A DNA stretch of 64,000 bases from Pseudomonadota bacterium (GTDB lineage Bacteria > Bdellovibrionota > FAC87 > UBA2466), in assembly GCA_043767805.1 (NCBI GenBank), contig JAYUGC010000014.1:21050-85049 (forward strand), given 5' to 3'. The notes beneath the pieces are model-generated. The model was not told the origin of the DNA and did not search any database. It worked only from the letters and a program-made list of their open reading frames with translations. The position numbers and the translations under genes are program-made. Below, one piece after another: positions 26,771 through 35,137 of the stretch (within the stretch, counting starts at the first letter, position 1; every line of letters starts with the position of its first letter).

Positions 26771-27988
26771 ATGCGAACCCAGATCAGAGTAGGGCTGTTG
26801 GCCCTGTTTATTTCGGTATCAGCTTTTGCCGTCGACGCGCGCGTCGCGGGCGAGGCCAGTAACCAATTCGGCGTTCAACTTTTTAAATCGACCACGAAGC
26901 GGACGGCGAAGGGAAATAAATTTCTTTCGCCGCTCTCGGCGTACTTAGCGCTCTCGATGGCCTACAACGGCACCGAGGGAACTACCCAAGCCGAGATGGA
27001 AAAAGCGCTCGCGCTCACGGGCATGACCCGCGATGAAGCGAACGATGCCAATCGTCAGCTCATCGCCGCGCTCACCACGGGCCGCGACTTTGACTTGAGC
27101 GTCGCCAACTCCCTCTGGGCTCGTAACCAGTTCGTGATGAAGGACACCTTCTTGAATCCCGTGCGCACGAACTACGGCGCTCGCCTCGAGATGCTGGACT
27201 TCGATTTGCCCACCGCCTCGAAAACGATCAACGACTGGGTTAAGACCGCGACCCATAGCAAGATCGACTCCATCGTTCCGGACAAGCTCGATCCGCAGCT
27301 TCGCCTGGTGCTCATCAACGCGACCTACTTCGAAGCGAAGTGGACGGCCCCGTTTCAAAACTCGGGCACGTACAATGAGCCCTTCAAACGCCCTGACGGC
27401 ACGCGCGTGATTGTCCCCACCATGCACAAAGCCATGGTGGGTAAGCACCTGAAGGCCAGAGAGTATGAGGCCATCGAGCTCCCGTACGGCAAATCGGCGG
27501 AAGCCTCGATGATCGTCGTGGTCCCCACGGACCTCGCGGCTTTCGAGACCGCGCTCTCGGCCAATCAATGGAAATACATCGCTACTCAGCTCACCGCCGC
27601 GCCGGCCGAGCTCGGAACGCTTGCGCTTCCGAAAGTGGAGATCACCTACGAGTCGAGCCTCGTCGATTCGCTCAAGCAACTCGGCATGGTTCGGGCCTTC
27701 GATCTGAAGAACGCTGAGTTTAAGCCGTTGAGCGACGAACAAGTCGGCATCTCCGATGTGCTTCAGAAAACCTACGTAAAGGTATTCGAAGAAGGCACCA
27801 TCGCCGCGGCCGTCACGAGCGTCAGCGTCGGTGCGGCTTCGATTCCGCAGTACAAATTCCAAATGAAGGTGGATCGCCCGTATCTCTTCGGCATCCAGGA
27901 CAAGAAAACCGGCACGCTCCTTTTCATGGGAACCGTGCAGGAGCCCGAAGGCGGCAAGCTTCCGCCTCCGCCGAAGCCTCGCCCTTAG
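26771..27988 (+). CDS. Secreted serpin-family protease inhibitor
   Basis: Signal peptide MRTQIRVGLLALFISVSAFA. Hinge/RCL EEGTIAAAVTSVSVGAAS. Serpin signature FQMKVDRPYLFGI (cf. F.[VA]D[HR]PF[LIVMF][FY][LIVMFY]I). Pro-rich C-terminal tail. Confidence 0.85.
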   Translation: MRTQIRVGLLALFISVSAFAVDARVAGEASNQFGVQLFKSTTKRTAKGNKFLSPLSAYLALSMAYNGTEGTTQAEMEKALALTGMTRDEANDANRQLIAALTTGRDFDLSVANSLWARNQFVMKDTFLNPVRTNYGARLEMLDFDLPTASKTINDWVKTATHSKIDSIVPDKLDPQLRLVLINATYFEAKWTAPFQNSGTYNEPFKRPDGTRVIVPTMHKAMVGKHLKAREYEAIELPYGKSAEASMIVVVPTDLAAFETALSANQWKYIATQLTAAPAELGTLALPKVEITYESSLVDSLKQLGMVRAFDLKNAEFKPLSDEQVGISDVLQKTYVKVFEEGTIAAAVTSVSVGAASIPQYKFQMKVDRPYLFGIQDKKTGTLLFMGTVQEPEGGKLPPPPKPRP

Positions 27989-28004
27989 TGGGTTAGCGTT
28001 CTCC

Positions 28005-28087
28005 AAGAGACCCCGGCGGGCGCCATTCAACGTTCAAGCTTAGCTTGAACGTTGAATGGGTACGGCCTGCCGGGGTCTCTTTTTTTG
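28005..28087 (+). terminator. Rho-independent terminator (long nested hairpin plus T7)
   Basis: Inner arm CATTCAACGTTCAAGC-TTA-GCTTGAACGTTGAATG and outer arm AGAGACCCCGGC/GCCGGGGTCTCT, followed by TTTTTTT. Confidence 0.75.
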
Positions 28088-28132
28088 GGCGAGACAACTC
28101 GGATAAAACCGGCTAAAAAGTCGGGTAGTTAC

Positions 28133-28204
28133 TGGGGCGTAGAAAAGCGGTAATTCACTGGATTTTGATTCCAGCATTCCCAGGTTCGAATCCTGGCGCC
28201 CCAA
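28133..28204 (+). tRNA. tRNA-Gln (anticodon UUG)
   Basis: Cloverleaf: acceptor TGGGGCG/CGCCCCA, anticodon stem CTGGA/TCCAG with loop TTTTGAT, T-arm CCAGGTTCGAATCCTGG. Closely matches E. coli tRNA-Gln(UUG). Confidence 0.9.
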
Positions 28205-28260
28205 TTTTTTAGTCACTCATGGTTCACGGCTCAACCTCCCGAAATTCCTGGAGATCGACC

Positions 28261-29109
28261 TCAGCGCTTTTGAAAGAAGAGCGAGTGGAAGTCCGATACG
28301 AGCCGAAGCCAAGTCAACGCCCGGGACACCGCGCTTTTCGAAATCTTCAGCTTGAAGGTTTCCACGGGCTTCGTCGGTTTCAATGTCTCGTGAGTCACGA
28401 GACCGTCTCTGGTTGTGAGAGTGAGAAGCGCGCTCTGTTTGCAGGGAAGCGAAAGCACCGTCGGCGTCAGCCCGCCCGACCAAACGCGGTTCACCCGCAC
28501 TTGAGTGCCGGAAGGCGTGGTTTCGAGCTCCACCAAGCAGCGAGGCCCGGAGCCCGGCACTTGATATACGGGAAAACCTTTTCCGTTGGTTTGTTGCGGC
28601 CGCGCGGTGGCGGGTTTCGACAAGGGGCTTAGGTACGAGTGAAACGCCGTCATCCAAGCGCCGCCCAAAAATCCCAAGACGATCAAAACATAGAAGCTGC
28701 GAGAGACGGGCTGGCGGTCGGGCGCTGAAACGCGGGGACGGCGGAAGGAACGCGCTTTGAAAGGCTTGGTGATGAGCACCCGTTCGCCTGTTTCCCGTCG
28801 CTCGGGCTCGGGAGTCGGCATCGCCTTCGGTTCCCACGACGGCTCACGGCGCGCGGGTGGCTGATGGCGCCCGCTGTCGGGGCTCTCGTCGATGGGAACG
28901 AGGTCGTGTTCCTTGGTATCGATCGCGAGGTTGTTTTTTTTGGGCTTTTTGGTCAAGAAAGCAGATCCTCCGACGCGGGGTTTCCCAATGACGTTTCGGC
29001 TTAAGGCCGCGCTTTCTTGAACTAAATTTATACGTCGTGTCGAATGCTTGACGGCGCCACCGCTTGCGAGTTTGATCGGCGCAGTTCCATGCAACTCTCT
29101 CCCTTTCAT
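28261..29109 (-). CDS. Membrane-anchored protein with C-terminal PEGA-like domain (hypothetical)
   Basis: TM segment FYVLIVLGFLGGAWMTAF. C-terminal SGTQVRVNRVWSGGLTPTVLSLP resembles PEGA repeats. Start uncertain. Confidence 0.4.
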   Translation of the reverse strand: MKGRELHGTAPIKLASGGAVKHSTRRINLVQESAALSRNVIGKPRVGGSAFLTKKPKKNNLAIDTKEHDLVPIDESPDSGRHQPPARREPSWEPKAMPTPEPERRETGERVLITKPFKARSFRRPRVSAPDRQPVSRSFYVLIVLGFLGGAWMTAFHSYLSPLSKPATARPQQTNGKGFPVYQVPGSGPRCLVELETTPSGTQVRVNRVWSGGLTPTVLSLPCKQSALLTLTTRDGLVTHETLKPTKPVETFKLKISKSAVSRALTWLRLVSDFHSLFFQKR

Positions 29110-29511
29110 ATCCTGGGCCTCTCGCTTCCGACTTTGGTGATGCTTTTTGCGTTATCCGTGCCTTCGCTCGGCGGACCGCGCGTGCACCGCGAAGTGTACG
29201 GAGATGGCCACATGGAGTTCGAAGCGCGGTTTGATACCAATCCGGATGGTTTCCTGCGCCGCCGCGATCCGGCCGGAGTGAAGTTCGCGGGCTTTTTCCG
29301 CGAAGCCGCTCGCAGTGTCGAAGTCGAAGGCGTCCGCTTTCTGAAACAGGGAAAGCCCCTCTATCGTTTCAAGGGCGAGGGCGGATCGGGAGAGGGCGAG
29401 CTGTCCGCCGGCCGGGGCGGATGCCCGGGCGAGCTGCACGTGCGTTGGCAAGAAGCGGGAACGAGCTCGCGCGAAGGCGTCTTGCCTTCGGGCCCGTGCC
29501 ACGCCTTTTAA
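29089..29511 (+). CDS. Small secreted hypothetical protein
   Basis: Internal ATG giving the signal-like MQLSPFHILGLSLPTLVMLFALSVPSLGG. Weak support; partly overlaps the divergent gene start. Confidence 0.3.
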   Translation: MQLSPFHILGLSLPTLVMLFALSVPSLGGPRVHREVYGDGHMEFEARFDTNPDGFLRRRDPAGVKFAGFFREAARSVEVEGVRFLKQGKPLYRFKGEGGSGEGELSAGRGGCPGELHVRWQEAGTSSREGVLPSGPCHAF

Positions 29512-30986
29512 TCTTCCAAGTCCACCGTTCTGAAATCCCAGTTGCCCAAAATATCCCGGGAGAGATTGGAAACTCGTTCGGCCACGAGCGATTGCCGGCG
29601 AATGCCGAGCAGAGGGAGCACCATCGCCTGAGTCTGCACCAGATCTTTTTCCACGTTCTGCAAGGTCAGATTCTTTTCCTCGAGCGTCGGCGACCAGTCC
29701 GCGTCGGCGAGTTTTTCTTCGAGGGCGCGCACGCGGTTGTGTCCCCAACGCTCGCCGTAGAGAGTGAGCCAACGTTTCAGATCCGTTTCGGGATGCAGGG
29801 GATTCCACGTCGCTTCGACGATGAGGCCCGGGGCGACCGAAGAGCTCGGGCTCAAGCCGAGGCGTTTCCCCCATTGAGCTTGGAGATTCGCCGCAAGCTC
29901 CGCGGGGGTCGCGGACTCGGTGCCGTGAACCGTATGCAAAAGAGGAGCGTGGCGGTCGGGGAGTGCGCTCAAATGTTTCGCGGCGCTCTCGGGCGCGAAG
30001 GCGATGGCCCAGCTCGGGACGGGCGCTTCCGCCGGGGCGGCAATGAGGCGGGTGATGCGGTAATGAGGCCAGTGCAAGAGCGGCAAAATCTCCGCGGGAT
30101 CGACTGCCTGGATGAGCGAGCGCCGCCCGATCTCGTCAAAGCCACCGGGAGGTAAGACGAGAAACCAACCGGTTGGCACCGCGAAGGATTTTAGCCGGGG
30201 GTCGCCGGCCAAGGCCGCCGTGGTGGACTCGCTCAAGCCATCGACCGCGTCGGACTCCCTGGCGAAGAAACTTTGAACACGATGCGTTGCGTTCTTCATG
30301 CCCGGCATCAGCTCAATGCCGTCCAGGGGAGTGGCGCTGCCAAAATAAAAAGGATTTCGTTCGAAGCGGTCCGCCGTCTCGCCGGGCCGGAAAGGGCCGA
30401 GCCCCAAGCCCGCGTGAAAGGGCCAGGCCGCCGGCGAGGCGAGCCACATGGGAAAATCGGGGGCCGGCCCGGTGAGCCAGACACGAAAGTGGCGTGCGTC
30501 CTCGATTTTGATGCCCACCCGACTAAAAGGGGCCCGGCCGTGACAGAAAGCGCGCGCCGCTTCGATGCGGCCGAAGGTTTCCATGGCCGCGGGATAAGCG
30601 CGGCACCGGGAAATCACCTGTTTCCAGGACTCGATCACGTCCGCCGCGGTGAAACTCGTGCCGTCGCTCCACTTCAGGCCGTCGCGGAGCTCGATTCGCC
30701 AGGAGCTCGGTGTCACCGCTTTCAAACTTTGCGCAAGTGCCGGCGCCGCGATCCATTGTCCCGAGGTCCAGCTTGCTCGCACCAGTCCTTCTTGAGTCAG
30801 GCAAGCGGGAGCGGAGAGAAAAGGATGCCGCTTCATCTCGCTCGCCGGACAAAGATCCTGGGCGTCGCCCGACCAACGAAGCCACTTTGCTTTTATCGTC
30901 GATAAACTGGGCGCGGGCGCTTTCGAACAGGCAGCGAGAAGGCCCAAAAGAAAAAGAGAAAAAAGAATTCTGCTTGACACCCGCAT
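29508..30986 (-). CDS. ABC-type solute-binding protein, family 5 (oligopeptide/nickel-like), orphan
   Basis: Lipoprotein signal MRVSSRILFSLFLLGLLAACS. W.DG..FTA.DV..SW pattern typical of SBP_bac_5. No permease or ATPase genes adjacent. Confidence 0.55.
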   Translation of the reverse strand: MRVSSRILFSLFLLGLLAACSKAPAPSLSTIKAKWLRWSGDAQDLCPASEMKRHPFLSAPACLTQEGLVRASWTSGQWIAAPALAQSLKAVTPSSWRIELRDGLKWSDGTSFTAADVIESWKQVISRCRAYPAAMETFGRIEAARAFCHGRAPFSRVGIKIEDARHFRVWLTGPAPDFPMWLASPAAWPFHAGLGLGPFRPGETADRFERNPFYFGSATPLDGIELMPGMKNATHRVQSFFARESDAVDGLSESTTAALAGDPRLKSFAVPTGWFLVLPPGGFDEIGRRSLIQAVDPAEILPLLHWPHYRITRLIAAPAEAPVPSWAIAFAPESAAKHLSALPDRHAPLLHTVHGTESATPAELAANLQAQWGKRLGLSPSSSVAPGLIVEATWNPLHPETDLKRWLTLYGERWGHNRVRALEEKLADADWSPTLEEKNLTLQNVEKDLVQTQAMVLPLLGIRRQSLVAERVSNLSRDILGNWDFRTVDLED

Positions 30987-31108
30987 TTGAAACTCATTGT
31001 AACCTCGGATCGCTTGAAGATCGCTGGGGAAATTATTTGACCGCCTTTTTACGAATTGCTAAATCCTCTGTTCGACACGCTTTTCAGACATGGGGAGGAA
31101 TCACTAAA

Positions 31109-31381
31109 ATGAATAAGGCTCAGCTTGTGGAGCATCTCGCCTCGGAAGTCCAGCTTACGAAAGCCGACTGCGAACGCATTCTCGATAACGCTCTCGACAC
31201 GATCCGTAAGACCGTGAAGAAGGGCGATGACGTGACGCTCGTTGGTTTCGGCACGTTCACGCGCACGAAGCGAAAGGCTCGCAAAGGCCGTAACCCGCAA
31301 ACCGGCGAAGCGATCAAGGTTCCCGCTCGCACCGTTCCGAAGTTTCGCCCTGGAAAGGGTTTCAGAGACTTCCTGAACTAA
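31109..31381 (+). CDS. hup: HU-family DNA-binding protein
   Basis: 90 aa. MNKAQLVEHLA...GFGTF..R.R.ARKGRNPQTGE.I.VPA. RBS GGGGAGG. Confidence 0.9.
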   Translation: MNKAQLVEHLASEVQLTKADCERILDNALDTIRKTVKKGDDVTLVGFGTFTRTKRKARKGRNPQTGEAIKVPARTVPKFRPGKGFRDFLN

Positions 31382-31396
31382 TTTTTTGGAACTTCA

Positions 31397-31436
31397 AAGG
31401 CCCCCGGTGCATTTTTGTGCCGGGGGCCTTTTTTTT
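31397..31436 (+). terminator. Rho-independent terminator after HU gene
   Basis: AAAGGCCCCCGGTGC-ATTTTTG-TGCCGGGGGCC followed by TTTTTTTT. Confidence 0.8.
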
Positions 31437-31498
31437 AGAGGTCAAAAGCCCCGTCCGAGTTAAGATTTATAGTGAATCCAGAAAAAAAGGGGGCCTTG

Positions 31499-31864
31499 AT
31501 GACCGTGACGGAACTGATCGTGGATGCGTACGGCTGTACTGCGGATCTCAGTGACACCGACCGTCTCATGGAAGTTGCCCGGCAAGCGGCCCGATCCGTA
31601 GGCGCGACTATCGCGGAAGAGTCCTGCCATCGTTTTCAACCCCATGGCATCACGCTCTGTCTGATTCTGAAGGAGTCCCATCTCATACTGAGCACCTGGC
31701 CCGAGCACGGTCTGGTCATTGTAAACGTGTTTCTGTGCCATCCTCAGATGAACACGCACACCGTTTGGGAAACGATCTCCAAGTTCTTAAGGCCCACGCG
31801 TACCACGTTCCATTCCGTGGACCACAAGATCGGCAAGCAGGTAAAAGCCATCAGTGCGGCTTGA
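31499..31864 (+). CDS. speH: S-adenosylmethionine decarboxylase proenzyme (pyruvoyl-dependent, SpeH type)
   Basis: ATG at 31499 with RBS AAGGGGG. DAYGC...KESHLILSTWPEHGL aligns with B. subtilis SpeH (AEFYGC...SESHLTIHTWPEYGY). The ES|H cleavage site is present. Confidence 0.8.
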   Translation: MTVTELIVDAYGCTADLSDTDRLMEVARQAARSVGATIAEESCHRFQPHGITLCLILKESHLILSTWPEHGLVIVNVFLCHPQMNTHTVWETISKFLRPTRTTFHSVDHKIGKQVKAISAA

Positions 31865-31893
31865 GTCCTCGGCTGAACCAAGGCCGAAAAAGC

Positions 31894-32988
31894 TTAGAGC
31901 ATCTCGAGCGTTTCGGTGTCGCCGCGTTTTCCGTCCACGCCGACCTGGAACGACTGCACGAACTCGCCAGGCCCGTCTTCTCGCTCGTAGCTCACTTCGA
32001 CGCTGAGTCTTTCGGGGATCGTCGCGAGCTCCAGCGTCATGAGGCCGTCTGAAGAAAGGGTGGCGGCTCCCAAGTCGCGCTCAGTGCCATCGAACTCGCG
32101 CTGGAATAGATGGGCCGAGACCGGCTTCAATAGAATCCATTCGCCGCGCTCGACCTGGTTGTAGATGAAGTCATCTTTGCCGAGCTTACCGATAGCAATC
32201 GCCGGGCCGGGTTTCGGGGCAACGATGCCTTTCAGTACGAAGCCACCCTCGGGCTTGCGTTCACCGGTCCAAATCCGAGTCTGATAGAAGCGATGGGTTT
32301 GCGGCATGGCGAGATACGCGTTCGAAAGAGACGCGTAAATCCCGGGAGAAGACTCCCATGGGGTGAGTCGCCCCTTCGGCTCGGTGAGACGCTTCACGAC
32401 CGGGCGATAAGCCTCGGAATCTTGCGAAAAAAACTCGAGCGCTTGATCCTCGGAGAGGAGAGTCACTTCTCCTCCTTCACGCACGTTGGGGTGGAACACG
32501 ATGAACTTGTCCTCACAATCGCGGAACGCCTTCGGGACGAGGGCATCCAACCGCGCGTTCGCGCCGAGTAATCTTTCCGCGGTGGACTTATTGCCTTCCT
32601 GCACGGAGATATATTTTCCTTCTTCTCCGCGCACTCTTTGGTAAACGATCCGGCCTTTTCCTTCCATGCGAAAGACCACGACCGATTCGCACTTCATGCG
32701 GAAAGACAGATGCTCATCGGGAGCGATGGAAAGGGAAGCGGACCAGCCCCATTGCGCGAAGTCGCGGTCTTCGGCGAGGATCTGCGCGCGGCCGGGGCCG
32801 AGGAAAATGATCTGAGAGTAAGCTTTGCCCTGCTGCGCTTCGATGAGAGAGGGCGCGGTGACGTAATTGCCTCGCCACCCCAAAGGCGGCTTTCGGCTCA
32901 TCACGGAAATGCGGTTGTTGTTGGAACAACCCCACAAGGCCAGAGACAGAACTCCGATAAGGAAAGCTCGCGCCAAAGTAACCTCCAA
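31894..32988 (-). CDS. Lipoprotein, hypothetical
   Basis: MEVTLARAFLIGVLSLALWGCSNNN lipobox. 364 aa. Confidence 0.5.
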   Translation of the reverse strand: MEVTLARAFLIGVLSLALWGCSNNNRISVMSRKPPLGWRGNYVTAPSLIEAQQGKAYSQIIFLGPGRAQILAEDRDFAQWGWSASLSIAPDEHLSFRMKCESVVVFRMEGKGRIVYQRVRGEEGKYISVQEGNKSTAERLLGANARLDALVPKAFRDCEDKFIVFHPNVREGGEVTLLSEDQALEFFSQDSEAYRPVVKRLTEPKGRLTPWESSPGIYASLSNAYLAMPQTHRFYQTRIWTGERKPEGGFVLKGIVAPKPGPAIAIGKLGKDDFIYNQVERGEWILLKPVSAHLFQREFDGTERDLGAATLSSDGLMTLELATIPERLSVEVSYEREDGPGEFVQSFQVGVDGKRGDTETLEML

Positions 32989-33090
32989 GTGACGAAATCG
33001 AAAAGGACGAGCAGTTTAGCTAAAGGCGCAGTCCCGCCGCGAGGACAAAGAATGTCACCGGCTTAAGTGCTTGAAATGGGGAACGAAGGC

Positions 33091-34953
33091 CTACTTGGCC
33101 CAGAGTCTAAAGGGCCACAAAATCACGTGCCCGTTCTTCGGGTTCACCTTGATGTTCAGCTGCTCCTGCGGCTGCAGATAGAAGAGGAAACCCATGAACA
33201 TCTCATCCTGAGTGCGCTCTCCGTTGATGGGAGCGATCTTATGGTTGGGGTTGTAGGTGTTCATGTCGGAGTTATCGTACAGCGCATGAAAAGTGAGTGG
33301 CGTGTTCTTACGCAGAATCATCGAGCCAGGTGTAAGCAGGTAAGCCATCTGCCAGGAGAAGCTATAAGCCGGCACTTCGGCGACTTTCTTCTCATTCGCG
33401 CCGTAACCTTGAGTGAGCCACATGGCTTTCCCGCGCAAATGCATGTGGGGATAGAAGCCCACGAGATCCATGTCCTCAGGCGCTAACTTCGGCACGGTCA
33501 AGCGGACGTCGCCATCGCCCGCGGGAATATTGAAATTCCCGTGCTCGCTGATGGAGAACATCATGCTCTTGAGCCGCTTGGTGATGGGGCCGCGGGCGTA
33601 ACGGATGCCTACTCTGATGTTGGCAACCTCATCTCGTCCGGAGGCGACGAAATGGATTTGAAAGCCGAGGACCGAGAGCGCGGGAATCACCACGCCGATG
33701 CCTTGGCCGAGCTTCTTCGTTTCCAAAGGCGTCGCGCCGGGTACATAGCCCGCGAGGAAAGTATTCGCCGAAGCGCCTTCGCCGGTACGGATGCGCTCCT
33801 GGACGTTCCAGAAAATTAAGTTCGCGTGGTGAGTGACGGTTTTATTGGTGGGAAGAATCTCGATGGACTCAATCCAAGTGTCTCTCGCGAAGGCCGTGGG
33901 CAAGACGGCGTTGACGTATTTTTCGTCGGCGCTTGCCTTCACGATGAAATCGGTGCGGAAGGTCAAAATCTTGTCCGGAGTGCCGATCTTCCATTCGGAA
34001 GTATTCTTAGGCGGGAGGACCTTTGCTTCCGACGGGCTTCCTTCGCGCTCGCCGCCCCGGATCCAGGACTCGAGAGTGAGCTTGTCGGTTTCCGTCATCT
34101 CTCGGTGATTGAGAAAGCGATACACTTTCTTTTGAGAGAACGCCGGCGGCATGATCTCCGCTTTCACGAAGCTCAGGATCGTCGAGTCGTGGTCTTTCAC
34201 GTCCTCGTAAGAGACGAGCGGGAAGGGGGCTTCTCCGCCGTCCCGATGGCAATCCCAGCAATTGCGGCTGAGGATCGGCTGAATGTCTTTATAGAAGGAA
34301 ATGTCGTGGCTATCGGGAAGCACGGGCTTGTCGTAATCCATGACGCAGCCTTCGGAAGGCGTCTCCGAAATCTCAGGCGTTCTGGCGACCAATAAGCGCA
34401 GCGCGCGGTGGAGCTCTCCTTCGAGGATGTTGGCGGCGGGCTTACTGCCCGCGTGTCCCACGCGGCCGTCGATGCGGCCGCGATAAATCATCCGCCCGCC
34501 TTTTTGAATCACGACGACTTGAGGCGAGCGCTTGACCCCCAGAATCTGTCCCGCGAAGACTTCGTTCTCGGGGTTGGAAATGTCGGGCTCGGGCAAATCT
34601 TTTCCCATGAGAAAGGGAATGTTCATGTCCACGCGGTAGGTGGCCGTATCCAAAATGGATTGGTTCGGGCGGCCGTAGAGGCCGACGAACTCGACGCCTT
34701 GCGCGCGAAACTCCTTATAGAGCGCGGCGAGGGTCGGGGCCTGGCGCTTCGCCAAGGGGCAATCGAGAAGGCCGAAGACTAAGACGTAAGCTTCGCGCGT
34801 GGGGAGATCCGAGTAATGGCGGCGGACTTTGTCCGTATCGAGGAAGCTGAAGTTAGGCACGATCTCGCCGGGGTTCACGGTTTTGGGAGGAGCTCCAAAG
34901 GCGACCGAGGTCACTAAGCTCAAAGGACCGAGAAGTGTGGCGAAACGGACCAT
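33091..34953 (-). CDS. Secreted multidomain protein: thioredoxin-fold domain + PSCyt1-like cytochrome-c (CXXCH) domain + type-II copper monooxygenase (PHM/DBH-like) domain
   Basis: Signal peptide. Redoxin-like region (..VLVFGLLDCPLAKRQAP..GVEFVGLYGRP). CWDCH...MPP motif typical of planctomycete cytochrome C domain. Cu sites HHANLIF (H-H), HMHLRGKAM (H-x-H), downstream Met (DEMFMGF). Confidence 0.6.
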   Translation of the reverse strand: MVRFATLLGPLSLVTSVAFGAPPKTVNPGEIVPNFSFLDTDKVRRHYSDLPTREAYVLVFGLLDCPLAKRQAPTLAALYKEFRAQGVEFVGLYGRPNQSILDTATYRVDMNIPFLMGKDLPEPDISNPENEVFAGQILGVKRSPQVVVIQKGGRMIYRGRIDGRVGHAGSKPAANILEGELHRALRLLVARTPEISETPSEGCVMDYDKPVLPDSHDISFYKDIQPILSRNCWDCHRDGGEAPFPLVSYEDVKDHDSTILSFVKAEIMPPAFSQKKVYRFLNHREMTETDKLTLESWIRGGEREGSPSEAKVLPPKNTSEWKIGTPDKILTFRTDFIVKASADEKYVNAVLPTAFARDTWIESIEILPTNKTVTHHANLIFWNVQERIRTGEGASANTFLAGYVPGATPLETKKLGQGIGVVIPALSVLGFQIHFVASGRDEVANIRVGIRYARGPITKRLKSMMFSISEHGNFNIPAGDGDVRLTVPKLAPEDMDLVGFYPHMHLRGKAMWLTQGYGANEKKVAEVPAYSFSWQMAYLLTPGSMILRKNTPLTFHALYDNSDMNTYNPNHKIAPINGERTQDEMFMGFLFYLQPQEQLNIKVNPKNGHVILWPFRLWAK

Positions 34954-35137
34954 GGGCGCTCCCTTGGAAAATAGGATTGATGCGATGTGTTACCATTCTC
35001 CGCGGTTCGGGGTCAACGGAGAGGGTGGTTAATAAATCCTTTAATTCCGACAATTTTTGTCACCTCGCTTTCTGCTTGGCTTGGAATAACTCGGTGCAGT
35101 AAATTCACCCGTCAATTTCTAAAAGTGAGGTTCTCGC

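Noticed and set aside
30173-30905. ORFs (100-210 aa) on plus strand opposite the solute-binding-protein gene
   Set aside because: Antisense to a confidently called SBP_bac_5 gene. Arg-rich composition.
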